NCBI GenBank assembly: GCA_951406725.2
Contig: OX597833.1
Coordinates: 70,742,001 to 70,806,000, forward strand
DNA from: Octopus vulgaris
Taxonomy: Eukaryota
Direction: 5' to 3'
Length of the DNA: 64,000 bases
Part shown: one piece after another, positions 13,405 through 26,326 of the stretch
Position numbering within the stretch: the stretch's first letter is position 1
How the letters are laid out: each line of letters begins with the position of its first letter
Translations under genes and position numbers: made by a program
Notes under the pieces: generated by a model
Database searches by the model: none
What the model was told of the DNA's origin: nothing
The model's input: the letters and a program-made list of their open reading frames with translations, nothing else

Positions 13405-13972
13405 TTCTCTTTCTCACCCCCACCCTTTCCCTCCTTTTTCTCTCTCTCTCTCTTCTCTTCCCGCTCCCCCTCCCCCTCCTTTTTCTCTCTCTTCTCTTCC
13501 CACTCACCCTCACCCTCCTTTTTCTCTCTCTTCTTTTCCTGCTCCCCCTCCCCTCCTTTTTTTCTCTCTTCTCTTCTCTTCCCGCTCCCCTCCCCCTCCT
13601 TGTTCTCTCTCTTCTTTTCCTGCTCCCCCTCCCCTCCTTGTTCTCTCTCTTTTCTTCCCCTCCTCTCCTTTTTCTCTCTCTTCTTTTCCTGCTCCCCCTC
13701 CCCTCCTTGTTCTCTCTCTTTTCTTCCCCTCCTCTCCTTTTTCTCTCTCTTCTTTTCCTGCTCACCCTCCCCTCCTTGTTCTCTCTCTTCCCTTCCCCCT
13801 CCCCTCCTTTTTTATCTCTTTCTCTCTCTTTTCTTCTCCCTCCTCCTCCCCTCCTTTTCTCTCTCTTCTCTTCTCCCCCTCCTTTTTCTCTCTCTTCTTT
13901 TCCTGCTCCCCCTCACCCTCCTTTTTCTCTCTCTTCTTTTCCCCCTCCCCTCCTTTTCTCTCTCTCTCTCTC
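13405..13972. repeat. Polypyrimidine/polypurine tract with ~60-bp higher-order units
   Basis: Almost pure C/T, with recurring TTCTCTCTCTTCTTTTCCTGCTCCCCCTCCCC. Confidence 0.9.
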
Positions 13973-14336
13973 TGTAATTTAAACTGAAACATTTTATACC
14001 TGACTCTACTGCTGCTGCTGCTTTTGCTGTTCTTGTTTAGCCCCAGGACAGCCCCGAAAGAGTAAACATACCTATGATCAAAAGTTTTTCCACCCATGAC
14101 TAACTACCCACCCACATAAATACAGTATATCTAAGACTCCCTCTTCTATTGCAGGGGTTTTCTCCCTCCCTTCATAGAATCTAAGGCTTAGAATCTGTGC
14201 CCTTATTTTTAAGGCAGTAAGGGGGTTAGTCTTGAGGGAGACTTGCTATTTCTTTCTCTCCCTTTCACACCTTTTTCTTCCTAACTTTCTTAGTCTTTTT
14301 TTATGTTCTTTTGCCTATTATTATCATTATTATTGC

Positions 14337-14396
<60 letters not shown>

Positions 14397-14518
14397 CTTT
14401 ATTCTTATTCTTTAAACCTATTTCTAGATTTTGCTTTCTGTGTCTCCTTCCTTGCATGATATTTGCATTTGCTTCTTCCTTAGACTTCTACATCCTTTTA
14501 TTTAACTATGTCTGTGTC

Positions 14519-14549
<31 letters not shown>

Positions 14550-15071
14550 GTGTGTGTGTGTCTATGTGCTTTGTTTGTTTTTTGCTTGCTTTTTTTTTGT
14601 GCTTCTTTATCATTGTTGCACCTGGTTACTTATCATGAACAACTACTACTGCTGCTGTGTGTTTGTGTGTGTGTGTGGAGATGCTGGTCGTCTCTCGTCC
14701 CCTCTTTCCCACTAGATCTATCTCCATCCCTTCACATCAAATACAGTGATGCTGGGAATTGCACCACTCCTGACACCAATATAAATCTTCGTTATGCAAT
14801 TATCTCCTGCAAGTCAATAATGTATGTATGGAAAAAAAAAGCCAAAAAAAAGAAAGAGAGAGAGAGAGTTACACTGGTTTCGGTTTGTTATGAATGTGTC
14901 TAATACGTCTTTTGTTCAACCTTTGACACCTCTCCCTTAATGGCCAATTCCTAGAAATTTTAAGAATCTTATAATTAAGCATCCAAAAAATAAATGCATA
15001 TGTATTCTATCTATCAGTTTCCTTAGAATTTCTTTAATTTCAAATTCAAACTTCTAATCCCAAGAAACAAA

Positions 15072-15360
15072 TCATCATCATCATCATCGTTTAACGTCCG
15101 TTCTCCATGCTAGCATGGGTTGGACGGTTCGACCGGGGTGTGGGAAGCCAGGAGGCTGCACCAGGTTCCAGTCTGATCTGGCAGTGTTTCTACAGTTGGA
15201 TGCCCTTCCTAACGCTAACCACTCCGTGAGTGTAGTGGGTGCTTTTCAAATGCCATCGGCACAGGTGCCATGGGAGGCTGGCAGCGGCCATGATCGGTTG
15301 GTGCTTTTTACATATCACCAACACGGAAGCCAGTCAAGGCAGCGCTGGCATCGGCCACAT
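15072..15360 (-). mobile_element. Repeat family C
   Basis: Reverse complement, begins with (CAT)n. Confidence 0.85.
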
Positions 15361-15591
15361 ATATTATGAAGAAATGATTATCCTCATTGTATTTACTCTC
15401 TGCCTACAGGACACTTTATCTCTGAACACTCCCTATATATTTAGATTATCTTCAACCCATAACTCAATACAGATTCATTCCTCATTCTCTCTACTTTGAC
15501 TTTCGTTAAAAATGAAAATAGTTTAGGTACAATGAAATGATTTTGCTATTTTAAGTTTTTTTTTACTCTATTTTAAACTTATACTTCAATG

Positions 15592-15631
<40 letters not shown>

Positions 15632-15719
15632 TCGTTTAACGTCTGCTTTCCATGCTAGCATGGGTTGATATATATATATATATATATATATAAATCGAAG
15701 TCGAAATCAAACTTGGTGA

Positions 15720-16155
15720 CTGGCATCCGTTGCTAGTGAAGTGCTAAGAGTACCATACGAGTGAGATCGTTGCCAGAGCAACAAGCTGGCCTTCGTGCCA
15801 TTGGGATGTTAAACACACCATTTGAGCGTGATCGTTACCGCTTCGCCTTACTAGCACTTGTGCTGGTGGCATGTGAAACATTTGAGCGAGGTCGTCGCCA
15901 GTGCCACTGGACTGGCTCCTGTGCAGGTGGCACATAAAAAGCGCCATTTGGGCATGGCCGTTGCCCATACCACCAAACTGGCCCTTGTGCTGGTGGTACG
16001 TAAAAGCACCCACTACACTGTCAGAGTGGTTGGCGTTAGGAAGGGCATCCAGCTGTAGAAACTCTGCCAGATCAGATTGGTGTTTGGTTTGCCAGTCCTC
16101 AGTCAAATCATCCAACCCATGCTAGCATGGAAAGTGGATGTTAAATGATGAGGAT
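15720..16155 (+). mobile_element. Repeat family C
   Basis: About five subunits plus tail. An inverted tail stub lies at 15630-15667. Confidence 0.85.
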
Positions 16156-16493
16156 GTAAAATATACAATGAATTCCTGGTTTACTACAGCAGCTTCTCTG
16201 ATGTCATCCTGACATAGCTTTTCAAGGAATTTACAGCCATTTCAAGAACACAACAATATATGAGTCATTAGTGAAAATTATATATATTTTTGCACTAATG
16301 TAAAAATAAAAACATTTTCTCTGGTTAAGATGCTGTTTCTTTCTTTTACGATGATGCTAGAAAGAGCAGTCAGTTATTAAACATTCCATTCTTAATTAAA
16401 GACACTGTTCACGTGTTTCAATTAATTCTGAAAAATACTCAGAACATTTAAAACTGTTAGAAGAATAATTGATTTTAACCACATTTTTTGTTT

Positions 16494-16910
16494 ACCATTC
16501 GAGCGTGATCGTTACCAACGTCGCCTTACTGGCACCTGTGCCGGTGACATGTGTAAAAAGATTCGAGCGAGGTCATTGCCAGTACCGCCTGACTGGCCCC
16601 TGTGCTGGTGGCACGTAAAAGGGCACCATTCGAGCTTGATCATTACCAATGTTGCCTTACTGGCACCTGTAAAATGATTCGAGCGGGGTCATTGCCAGTA
16701 CCACCTGACTGGCCCCCGTGCCAGTGGAACGTAAAAAGCACCCACTACACTCTCAGAGTGGTTGGCATTAGGAAGGGCATCCAGCAGTAGAAACTTTGGC
16801 AGATCAAGTTTGGAGCCTGGTGCCGCCATCTGGTTCACCAGCCCTCAGTCAAAATCGTCCAACTCATGCTAGCATGGAAAGCGGACGTTAAATGATGATG
16901 ATGATGATGA
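16494..16910 (+). mobile_element. Repeat family C
   Basis: Subunits plus tail, inserted into an AT-rich MITE-like repeat. Confidence 0.85.
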
Positions 16911-17367
16911 TTCCTATTAAAATACTCTGTCGTTGTTTCACTTAATTTTGGAAATTATGAAGAGTTTAGTGGAATAACTTCATGATTGTTAAACTGTTCA
17001 TTTAGAACATGAATTAACATGAAATTTTGGAGAAAGGATTTCACTTTAGACCACTTTAACCTTTTAGCATTCAAATGTGATCCTTATTTCTTCACATTGT
17101 TTCCAGTTAATCATTCATTATCTCATAACTTTGAGATTTCAATGATGTGACTGTTTATTTTTAGAAAGACATTACAGGATAGGTGTGAGAGGTTGGATCT
17201 AGCTAGTTTAATCATAGCTGGTTTGAGATAGGGAAGATTTAAGTGCTAAAAGGCTAAAACATAGTTTGTATCATAGAACCAGAGACAGTGACAGATAGGT
17301 TGATATCAAAATAGTTATGAAGCTGTTTGGAACACATGACTTATGAATAAAATGATCTTATATAAAA

Positions 17368-17759
17368 CTAGCAGTATCGCCCGGCGTTGCTCGGGTTTGT
17401 AAGGGAAATAACTATATAAGCATTTTTAGAGAGTTATAGCCAAAAAATAGCAAAAAAATGCATTAAAAATGGGGAAAAAAATTATGGTAAATTTTTTTTT
17501 AAATCGTTGACTCATCGTAGACATTTTTAGAGAGTTACTTCCCTTAGCAAAAAAAATGCATTAAAATGGAAAAAATGATGGTGAATTATTTTTAAAACCG
17601 TAGACTCATCGTAGACGCGCGCTAATACCCAGAAGGGCTCGATATGAATCACGACTATAAGATACCCGCTTTTGGTTACACTACACCGCAAAATGTGGGA
17701 GTAGTTAGGAATCTAAATCGTAGGAGACAGACACACAACCTTACTTTTATATATAAAGA
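17368..17759 (-). mobile_element. Non-autonomous Helitron
   Basis: Minus strand: A|TCTTTATATATAAAAG start, hairpin CCCGAGCAACGCCGGG (17380-17395), CTAG|T end. Confidence 0.85.
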
Positions 17760-18273
17760 TTTATAGTGAGAACTTCTTGGTTAAATATGAACAGCTTAAA
17801 ATGAGATTGTTCTGAAGTGCATAGGTATTAAATGCTCTTTGATCATTTCATATATGTCAGGGAAGCCATAAGAGTAAAAGAGAGAGGAAAAACACAATGG
17901 AAAAATGACAATAGTGTCTCTATATTGAATAGATCAACCGTCTTGATATTAGATCAACCACTCACTCAGCTCACATAAGACATTTATTAGAAAGCAACCT
18001 TTAAAGACCAAGTACATAACTTTATATCAAGAAATATTTGTTCAAAGCATTATGAAATGGAGCGATTCGTCATCCTTCTAATAATGTTCAGTTTTGCTTG
18101 CTTGCATGGGTGTCAGAGGTCAGCTGTCTGCAATGTGTGCAGTGTTGAAGCAAGGAAATATCTCACCGTGGCCAGACATGTTTTTGCAGACGACTGGAAG
18201 TGAATGACACTGCATGTATGACATCAACAATAATTGGCAAACGCCATGTGATGTCAAGACAAAGAGACATTAA

Positions 18274-18495
18274 CCGTTTAGTGTTCGCATTATTCTGCCA
18301 AAATTAATCCCTTTTTATCCACATTGCCTTGAACTAATCATTCATTAATCTTGGAGCTATGAGATTTAGATGAGGTAGCTGTTAATTTTTAAAACGATAT
18401 TGTAGGGTTGGTGTGAGAGACCAGATCTGGCCAGTTTGACCATAAAACAGGCAGAATACTTTTGGCCGGATATGGCCGGTTTAAATGCTAAAGGG
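18274..18495. mobile_element. TTAA-flanked MITE, same family as 50056-50276
   Basis: TTAA|CCGTTTAGTGTTC ... GCTAAAGGG|TTAA, with shared internal GATATGGCCGGTTTAAA. Confidence 0.75.
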
Positions 18496-19024
18496 TTAAA
18501 CACCCATACACACAACGAGCAGCTTTCCGTTTCCAAATTCACAGACAAGGCTTTGGTCAGAATGGGGCTGTTGTACAAGATACTTGCCTAAGGTACCGGA
18601 GTGGGACTGAACCCAAAACAGATTTGTTCCAGTAATGGGAAATATCGAAATCATATAGTCACACACACCCACACACACACCTATTCTCTGTAGCCAAATT
18701 CAGGTGTGTCTGTAAAAGATTGTAATCTTTTCTTTCTTTCTTTCTTTTCTCTCACCTGTGAATGCCTTCGAATTACTTTCGCTTCATGAAATGTGAAAAA
18801 GGGAAAAAACACCCAACGAACATGCAATTGACTCAGGAATGTCAAGGTGTTATTAATAGCAAATATTTATTGGAAATGATTGTGTGTGGGTGGGAGATGT
18901 GTAATAAATGCTCACCTGTATTCACCTGTATTTCCGAAATATTTTCTTTTCTTCAAAAATGGTTTTTAACAACTCGTTAAACATTCATTATTGTGGCCTC
19001 AGAGAAAGCTCATAACTTCACTTT

Positions 19025-19400
19025 CATAGCTGTGCGGTAAGAAAGGGTTTGCTTCCTAACCACATGACTGCAGGTTCAGTCCCACTGCGTGGCACTTTGG
19101 ATAAATGTCTTCTGCTTTAGCTTCAGTGTGACCAAGGCCTTATGAGTGGATTTAATGGATAGAAACTGAAAGAAGCCCATCATATGTGTGTCTGTGTTTG
19201 TCCCCCCCACCACCACCACCACCACTTGACAGCTGGTGTTGGTATGTTTATATCCCTGTGACTTAGCGGTTTGGCCAAAAAGTCCCATAGAATAAGCACC
19301 AAGTTTAAAAGTCATAAATACTGGGCTTGATTCATTCAACTTGAATGTTTCGAAGCAGTGCCCCAGCATGGCCACAGTCTAAAAGCTGAAGCAAGTGAAA
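19025..19400 (+). mobile_element. SINE family A, diverged
   Basis: Colinear with family A. Confidence 0.75.
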
Positions 19401-19957
19401 AAAAAGAAAAGAAAAAATAGGAAATTCATTATTGGGACATCAGAGAAAGCTTCTAACTTAACAAACCCACTTTCAAATATATTCTTTCCATTGCTCCGAC
19501 CCCCCCCCCCCAGCTGTAAATGGACTCTCCCCCCCCCCCCCAATTGGGGGGGGAATTTTAGCCTGCTTGCCTGGCCAGCTGCGTGGCATCGTTCGAAAAC
19601 TAAAACAATGCAAAGTGCATTGTGACTAGTGATGTACAACAACATCTGATATCTAATCTTAACATAACTTTCTAGAATCACATCTGGATATGTAAACCAA
19701 AGAAAGAGTTAGAAATAGCAGTTAAATTTTTTCTAAAATCTCACTCTACCTTCTCTAGTGTCCTTCCCTTTTTTTTTTTTTTTTAATACAGCTGTACATG
19801 AATTGAAGTGGATTCAGCTGCACTTTCTAGTAGCCAGTCAAATACCCATCAAGAGGTGCTCTCGTTGACTTGAAATCTACCGAGTTGATAAAATCTCTGC
19901 AGATTCTTTTCCTCAAAACTAATCTACCTAGAATTGTAGAAATGCTGTAAATATATA

Positions 19958-20122
19958 GGCGCAGGAGTGGCTGTGTGGTAAGTAGCTTGTTTACCAACCA
20001 CATGGTTCCGGGTTCAGTCCCACTGCGTGGCACCTTGGGCAAGTGTCTTCTACTATAGCCCCGGGCCGACCAAAGCCTCGTGAGTGGATTTGGTAGACGG
20101 AAACTGAAAGAAGCCCGTCGTA

Positions 20123-20164
<42 letters not shown>

Positions 20165-20377
20165 TGTGTTTGTGTCTGTGTTTGTCCTCCTAGCATTGCT
20201 TGACAACTGATGCTGGTGTGTTTATGTCCCCGTTACTTAGCATTTCGGCAAAAGAGACCGATAGAATAAGTACTGGGCTTACAAAAGAATAAGTCCCGGG
20301 GTCAAGTTGCTCGATCAAAGGCGGTGCTCCAGCATGGCCGCAGTCAAATGACTGAAACAAGTAAAAGAATAAAAGAA
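19958..20377 (+). mobile_element. SINE family A, full length
   Basis: GGCGCAGGAGTGGCTGTGTGG head through the GAAACAAGTAAAAGA tail. Confidence 0.9.
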
Positions 20378-21157
20378 TATCTCTAAATACCCTTTAGAAC
20401 CAAATAATAAATCTCCAGTGCTGCCTTCAACAAGTAATTCATCTCCATTCTAATAGTTATCATTTAACCCCCAGGTTAATTCCGATCAAGCAGGCATATC
20501 ATCAGAAGACTTTCCAGCTGTGGCCATCTCATTTTTTTCTCCTCAACCATAATATATCATTGCGTAGGTTGTAGATTGTGTGAGTTAGTGGGTAGTGTTT
20601 AGTTTGTAAGTAGCAGGTAGTGATGTGTGTAGTTGGTTTTAGTCTTGGTTGGTACTAGAATGTGAGGAAACACTACCTTTCATGAGAACCCAGTGCAGCA
20701 AGCTCTGGTTTAGTATCCTGCATAGCCAATCCCAGGCCTTTGTTGAAAAGAAGGAGAGACAGAATGTTGGGCCAGCAACCTTGCCTGCGGGGTTTAACTT
20801 GCTGCAGAGAGGATGAGGTTGTCCAACACTTCACGAGGAGTAGGCGGGACTGGGACTAAGACCCTGGTGTGTCCTTCTCTTTTTAAGAGATGGTAGAGAG
20901 TGATTTCAGGACAATTTGGCCATTGTCCTTCTCTGTTGACAAGGACAGAGAAGAGCCAATGGCCAACCCAACACATTCCAGCAGCAGTTTTAGTTGTTTT
21001 GTGCTGTCTTTGTCTGCTTTATCCCAAACTATCTTCACATTACTAACGTTATCTCTTGCTTCCGTTGCCAATAAAACCGATTCTTTGTAGATTTTGACCA
21101 ATATTCTAACCTTAACCCCTCAAAGTTTTGGCTTCTTTCTTTCTCCCTTTATAACTT

Positions 21158-21360
21158 TGGTGAAGGTACATGGCTTAACGGTTAAGGTGTTGTACCCACA
21201 ATCATAAGGTGATGGTTTCAATTCCAGGACCAGGGGACACATTGTGTTCTTGAGCAAAACACACCATTTCCCTTTGCCCCAGTCTGCTCAGTCATATATG
21301 AGTTCCAGCAAAGGCTGAGAAGTTAATCCTGTGATGGACTGTCATCCTATCCAGGAGGAG
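21158..21360 (+). mobile_element. Old tRNA-derived SINE (separate family)
   Basis: TGGCTTAACGG...GTTTCAATTCC boxes and GTGTTCTTGAGCAAAACAC segment. Related fragments near 54915 (+), 61690-61890 (-) and 63140-63240 (-). Confidence 0.55.
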
Positions 21361-21871
21361 GTTGTTCTAATTCCACTCACTGGGCTCTAACTTTGATTCT
21401 CTCCACACATTCCTTCCCTCTGTGCTTTCTTAGTTATTTCAAGAAGATTTTTTATATTTCTTTTACACTTTGTTCATTGTTGAAATTGATTCTTTTTTTT
21501 TTTTTTTTTACCGAAGTTCTTGAATTGCGGGTCAGAACCCATTTAATGTTCAACTACAAAACAACTATAACAAACTTTTTGTTTTTTTGTTTTTTTTTAT
21601 ATGATTGTGCATTAAAAGGTGGTTCAATTGGAAACGGTAAAGCTGGATCTAAAGTTAACCTGAAAAGTACTTAATATTTATGTATGTATTGTATCATGTT
21701 TAATATATATAGTATCAAAAAATGTTTTATACTCGAAACAGATGTAAGAATAATATATTTATAGTCATTGAGCAATGCAACTAGTATATATATATATATA
21801 TATATACATACACACAATAAATATATATATGTGTATGTGTGTATGTATATATATATATGTATGTATATTGA

Positions 21872-22002
21872 CAGGGCAAGACTGCAAGGTAGTCGGCCGT
21901 ATGCTAGAAGTAGATCATCAACGATCAAACTACAAACTTTGTAGTTTGATCGTTGATGATCTACTTCTAGCATACGGCCGACTACCTTGCAGTCTTGCCC
22001 TG
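21872..22002. repeat. Perfect palindrome: 65-bp arms, 1-nt spacer
   Basis: 21872-21936 is the exact reverse complement of 21938-22002. The ORF track shows the same peptide on both strands. Confidence 0.95.
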
Positions 22003-22115
22003 CCAAAATACACATATATTAGAATTTTCTCTGATTTTTCAGATTTTTTGTATGCTAGACTACTGGTTTTAAATTGATATTAAAATTAATATTAATTTAT
22101 CTCCTCATTATTTAA

Positions 22116-22160
<45 letters not shown>

Positions 22161-22573
22161 ACAAGTAGTCATACCCTGGGTTTCACAGCTTTGCACCCCT
22201 TTTCCTGTCCCTTTTTCTTATTGTCTAACTCTTTAGCATTTAAACCAGCAATATCAGAGGCCAAACAATTCAACGTGTTTTATGCTCAAACTGGCCTGAT
22301 CCCACCTCTCACACCTACCCTACAATGTCATTCTAAAACTAAGCAGTTACATCATCAACATCTCGAAACTACGAGATAATGCCCAGCTAATTCAAAACCA
22401 TGGGACCAACTTGGCATTACATTTGCCAGAATAATCTGAATGCTAAAGGGTTGACAGTTTGAACCATGGACATTTAAAGGCCAGAGGAAGCAGTGTTGGA
22501 CCACAAAAGCCAGAGAGGCCTTCATGTATACTTATGTAGCTTCATGAATGCAAATAGGCATTCTATATATATA

Positions 22574-22631
<58 letters not shown>

Positions 22632-22687
22632 AGAAATTAAAAAAGGAAAATACGCACACTTACATAGTTTTAATATAATTTTTAATA

Positions 22688-22720
22688 TATCGACCGGTTT
22701 CGCTATCGCTATTCATGATA
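22688..22720 (-). ncRNA. Degenerate minimal hammerhead motif
   Basis: Minus strand reads TATC-ATGAATA-GC-GATA-GC-GAAA-CCGG-TC-GATA. Stems and GUC site are present; two substitutions in CUGANGA. Confidence 0.4.
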
Positions 22721-23523
22721 TTATGTTTTAGTTATTTGAATATGTATTTTTACTTAAGAGGAAATTCTGTCCATGTTGTGTGTATATATTATTTATACTA
22801 GAAAAATATTGACAGTGACTTTGAAGTTTTGGCTTAGTTGCCTTCATTAGGTATTGAATGATCCTTCAATTAATGTTTGGCTATTTGTGTGTGTGTATGT
22901 GTAATAATTAATCAAATGTCAGTGATTGATAAAATATTTATTTCAGCTGTTTCATAATCTGCATCCAATTACATCATTGTCTCAGGTTACGAAACAGCTG
23001 TTAACATATAAGAATGAACATTTTATCTCTTCCTTCATTTCAATAACATCCGAATCATTCTGCCTCTGCTGCCTCCCACCTACCTCTATTTAACAAATGT
23101 TTTGCTATTGCTATATTTGTCAATGTCCAAAGACTACTCTCCTGGCTTCCTGCTGTCCTTTTTTCTTTTTTTTTTTAATCTGCAACAACATTGATGCTGA
23201 AATGCATTTTATTTCTCATTAAATTTCATTGGTCAGTTCCGTCTGCTCTTCTTTCTTCCTCTGCTCTGACCACAACTTCACATACACCTTTGTGTTTGCT
23301 CCCTATATAAAGCACCTGTACTGGTGCCACATAAAAAGCTCTCAGTTCACACCCTCTGAAGTGGTTGGCATTAGGAAGGGCATCCAGTCATAGAAGCCAT
23401 GCCAAAGCAGACAATAAATGCCTGGTGCAGCTCTCCAGCCTTGCCAGCTTCTGCCAACCCACGCCTGCACAGAAAACGGACATTCAGTGATGAAGACATG
23501 GACTATTAGCTCTCAAAGAGTAA

Positions 23524-23754
23524 GGCAGCGAGCTGGCAGAATCGTTAGCACGCCGGGCGAAATGCGTAGCCGTATTTCGTCTGCCGTTACGTTCTGAGTT
23601 CAAATTCTGCTGAGGTCGACTTTGCCTTTCATCCTTTCAGGGTCGATAAATTAAGTACCAGTTACGCACTGGGGTCGATGTAATCGACTTAATCCCCATG
23701 TCTGTCCTTGTTTATCCCCTCTGTGTTTAGCCCCTTGTGAGTAGTAAAGAAATA
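23524..23754 (+). mobile_element. SINE family B with 16-bp TSD
   Basis: TATTAGCTCTCAAAGA at 23504-23519 and 23755-23770. Confidence 0.9.
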
Positions 23755-24171
23755 TATTAGCTCTCAAAGAACCCTGAAGAGGGGACAGCAGTAATTAAGT
23801 GTGCTGTGGAACATATTAACAGTACCTTTGAACTAGTTTATAGCCTTAGTCTTCAATTTACAGACAGAGGTCTGTAGAGGCCATGTTGTTTGAACCCCTT
23901 TGATGCCTTCACATATGAGACCACCCCTAATTCTGTCAATACAAAGGGCTCTAAATAGAAATTTTCCATCAAAATTCCTCGTTAATTAATGTTTCTCGAT
24001 ACCAGCTTCACTCTTTCATTACCTCATTTCCCTTAAAATATCCTGCCTTTGTTTCAGGGAATTAATAACCCTTTTTGTTGGTAGGTTTCTGTTGGAAATA
24101 TGCTGCTGTTATTTAAGTTAATTTCTAAAAAATGAATAACTTAGTAAAATAATTTTGTCATTATTAACTAA

Positions 24172-24660
24172 AACGATTCTATATTTAAGAGATGAGGAAT
24201 TATGTACATTGTTTACATTTTACGGATATTTCTCCTCATCTTGTTTGTTGTTAACATAACATTTCAGCTGATATACCCTCCAGCCTTCATCAGGTGTCTT
24301 GGGGAAAGTTTGAGCCTGGGTTCTCATTCCTAAGGTATTTTTCGATGTTATTATTATTATTCAGGTCACTGCCTGGAATAGAACTCGGAATCTTGGGATT
24401 TGTTGCCCACGCTCTTACCACTTCATATATGGCACAGTGGTTAAGAGTGCGGGTTAAATCATGATTCCAAGTTTGATTCCAAGCAGTGACTTGAATAATA
24501 ATAATAATAATAATAACAACAACAACAAAAAATACCTTAAGGATGAAAACCCAGGTTTGAAATTTCCCCCAGACACCTGATGAAGGCTGGAGGGTATATC
24601 AGCCGAAACGTTGTGTTAACAACAAACAAGATGAGGACAAATATCTGTCAAATGTAAATA
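24172..24660. mobile_element. Head-to-head inverted dimer of a tRNA-headed, hammerhead-bearing non-autonomous retroelement
   Basis: Arms of about 240 bp are reverse complements. tRNA-like A/B boxes lie at the centre (24362-24490). 12-bp direct repeat ATTATTAACTAA at 24160-24171 and 24661-24672. Confidence 0.8.
24572..24617 (+). ncRNA. Minimal type I hammerhead ribozyme motif (Penelope-like)
   Basis: GACAC-CTGATGA-A-GGCTG(loop)CAGCC-GAAA-C-GTT-GTGTT. Stem I GACAC/GTGTT, stem II GGCTG/CAGCC, palindromic AACGTT for a dimeric stem III, GUU triplet. Confidence 0.75.
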
Positions 24661-25122
24661 ATTATTAACTAATATTTGGAAGGTTTTAATTTAGATTAGT
24701 GTAAAGCAGGGAATTTGTATCACAGGGCCAGCAGCGTTGGTCTTGAGGTTTGATACCAAAAAAGTTAATAATGATCAAGTTACTTAAATGAATTTTTCGT
24801 TTTATTCCTAAAATTAATTGAAACAAAATCTGTATATCTTAAGCAAAAATATGGTGACAAAAGTGTAAATCCATTTGAGAGAATAACCTGAATAGGAAAG
24901 GGTTGAATCTGAAAATAGCATCGTGTCCATGAGAAAAGTGCTTCCAGTGCCCTGGGCAAAATATTAATGCAATAATTCCTTTAGTCTGGCAATTCTCTCT
25001 GCCATGATAAAACTTACTCAAGCGGATCCAACCATGGCAACTCCACAACAAAGCCTCATGTCATTTGACTTTGGCCTAGTTTCATGTTACCCCACCACCA
25101 CCACACTTCCTTCTCTCTCTTC

Positions 25123-25189
<67 letters not shown>

Positions 25190-25317
25190 CCTCCCTCTCT
25201 CATCGGTTCTGTCTTTATCACAGATTGAACAGACATGATCAAAGGTGTTCCTGCTGTAATCATTCATCTCTCTCCTCCTCCTCCTCTCTCTCTCTCTCAA
25301 ATGTATACTCTCTCTTT

Positions 25318-25732
25318 TCTCTTTTACTCTTTTACTTGTTTCAGTCATTTGACTGCGGCCATGCTGGAGCACCGCCTTTAGTCGAGCAAATCGACCCCGG
25401 GATTTATTCTTTGTAAGCCCAGTACTTATTCTATCGGTCTCTTTTTGCCGAACCGCTAAGTGACGGGGACGTAAACACACCAGCATCGGTTGTCAAGCAA
25501 TGCTAGGGGGACAATCACAGACACACAAACACATACACACACACATATATATATATATATACATATATACGACAGGCTTCTTTCAGTTTCCATCTACCAA
25601 ATCCACTCACAAGGCATTGGTCGGCCCGGGGCTATAGCAGAAGACACTTGCCCAAGATGCCACGCAGTGGGACTGAACCCTGAACCATGTGGTTGGATAG
25701 CAAACTACTTACCACACAGCCACTCCTGCGCC
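25318..25732 (-). mobile_element. SINE family A, full length
   Basis: Reverse complement of family A. Confidence 0.9.
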
Positions 25733-26126
25733 TTCATTCTCCTTCTCTAACTCCCCACTCTCCCCCTTCACACCTCTCATACTGTCATTCTCTTCTCGTG
25801 AAACAGTAAAGCGTGATTTGAAGTAGATTCAGTTGCTGTTTCTAGCAGATCAAACAGCCCTGTAGAGGCTCCCTCTCTGACTCTGTTACCAAATAAAAAG
25901 AGAAGATTGCTGCTGTTTAACCCCAGGCGACATCCCATGACTGCCTTCACAGCATTTAGTGAAGTAAGGAAACAATAGAATAAGTCTCAGGCTTAGAGAA
26001 TAAGTTCTGGGGTTGATTTATTTGATTAAACCCTCTAAGGTGAATATAAAAACAGACATATATATATACTGGGTTATTCTAAAAGAATGAACCAATTTCA
26101 TTATGTAAAATTTTAATCAGCCTCGT

Positions 26127-26326
26127 CTGGCACCTGTGTCGGTGGCACATAAAATCACCCACCACTCTCTCTGAGTGGTTGGCGTTAGGAAGGGCATCCA
26201 GCTGTAGAAACACTGCCAGATCTGACTGGCCTGGTGCAGCCTTCGGGCTTCCCAGACCCCCAGTTGAACCGTCCAACCCATGCTAGCATGGAAAGCGGAC
26301 GTTAAACGATGATGATGATGATGATG
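26127..26326 (+). mobile_element. Repeat family C, short
   Basis: One subunit plus tail. Confidence 0.85.

Noticed and set aside
13287-13982. 216-231 aa Leu/Ser/Pro-rich ORFs
   Set aside because: Stop-free CT-rich low-complexity DNA.
14717-14821. Possible exon (TAG acceptor, GTATGT donor)
   Set aside because: Stop in the phase-2 frame required by the IQGQFR reading, and no SNRK-like motif in the open frame. Not excluded without RNA data.
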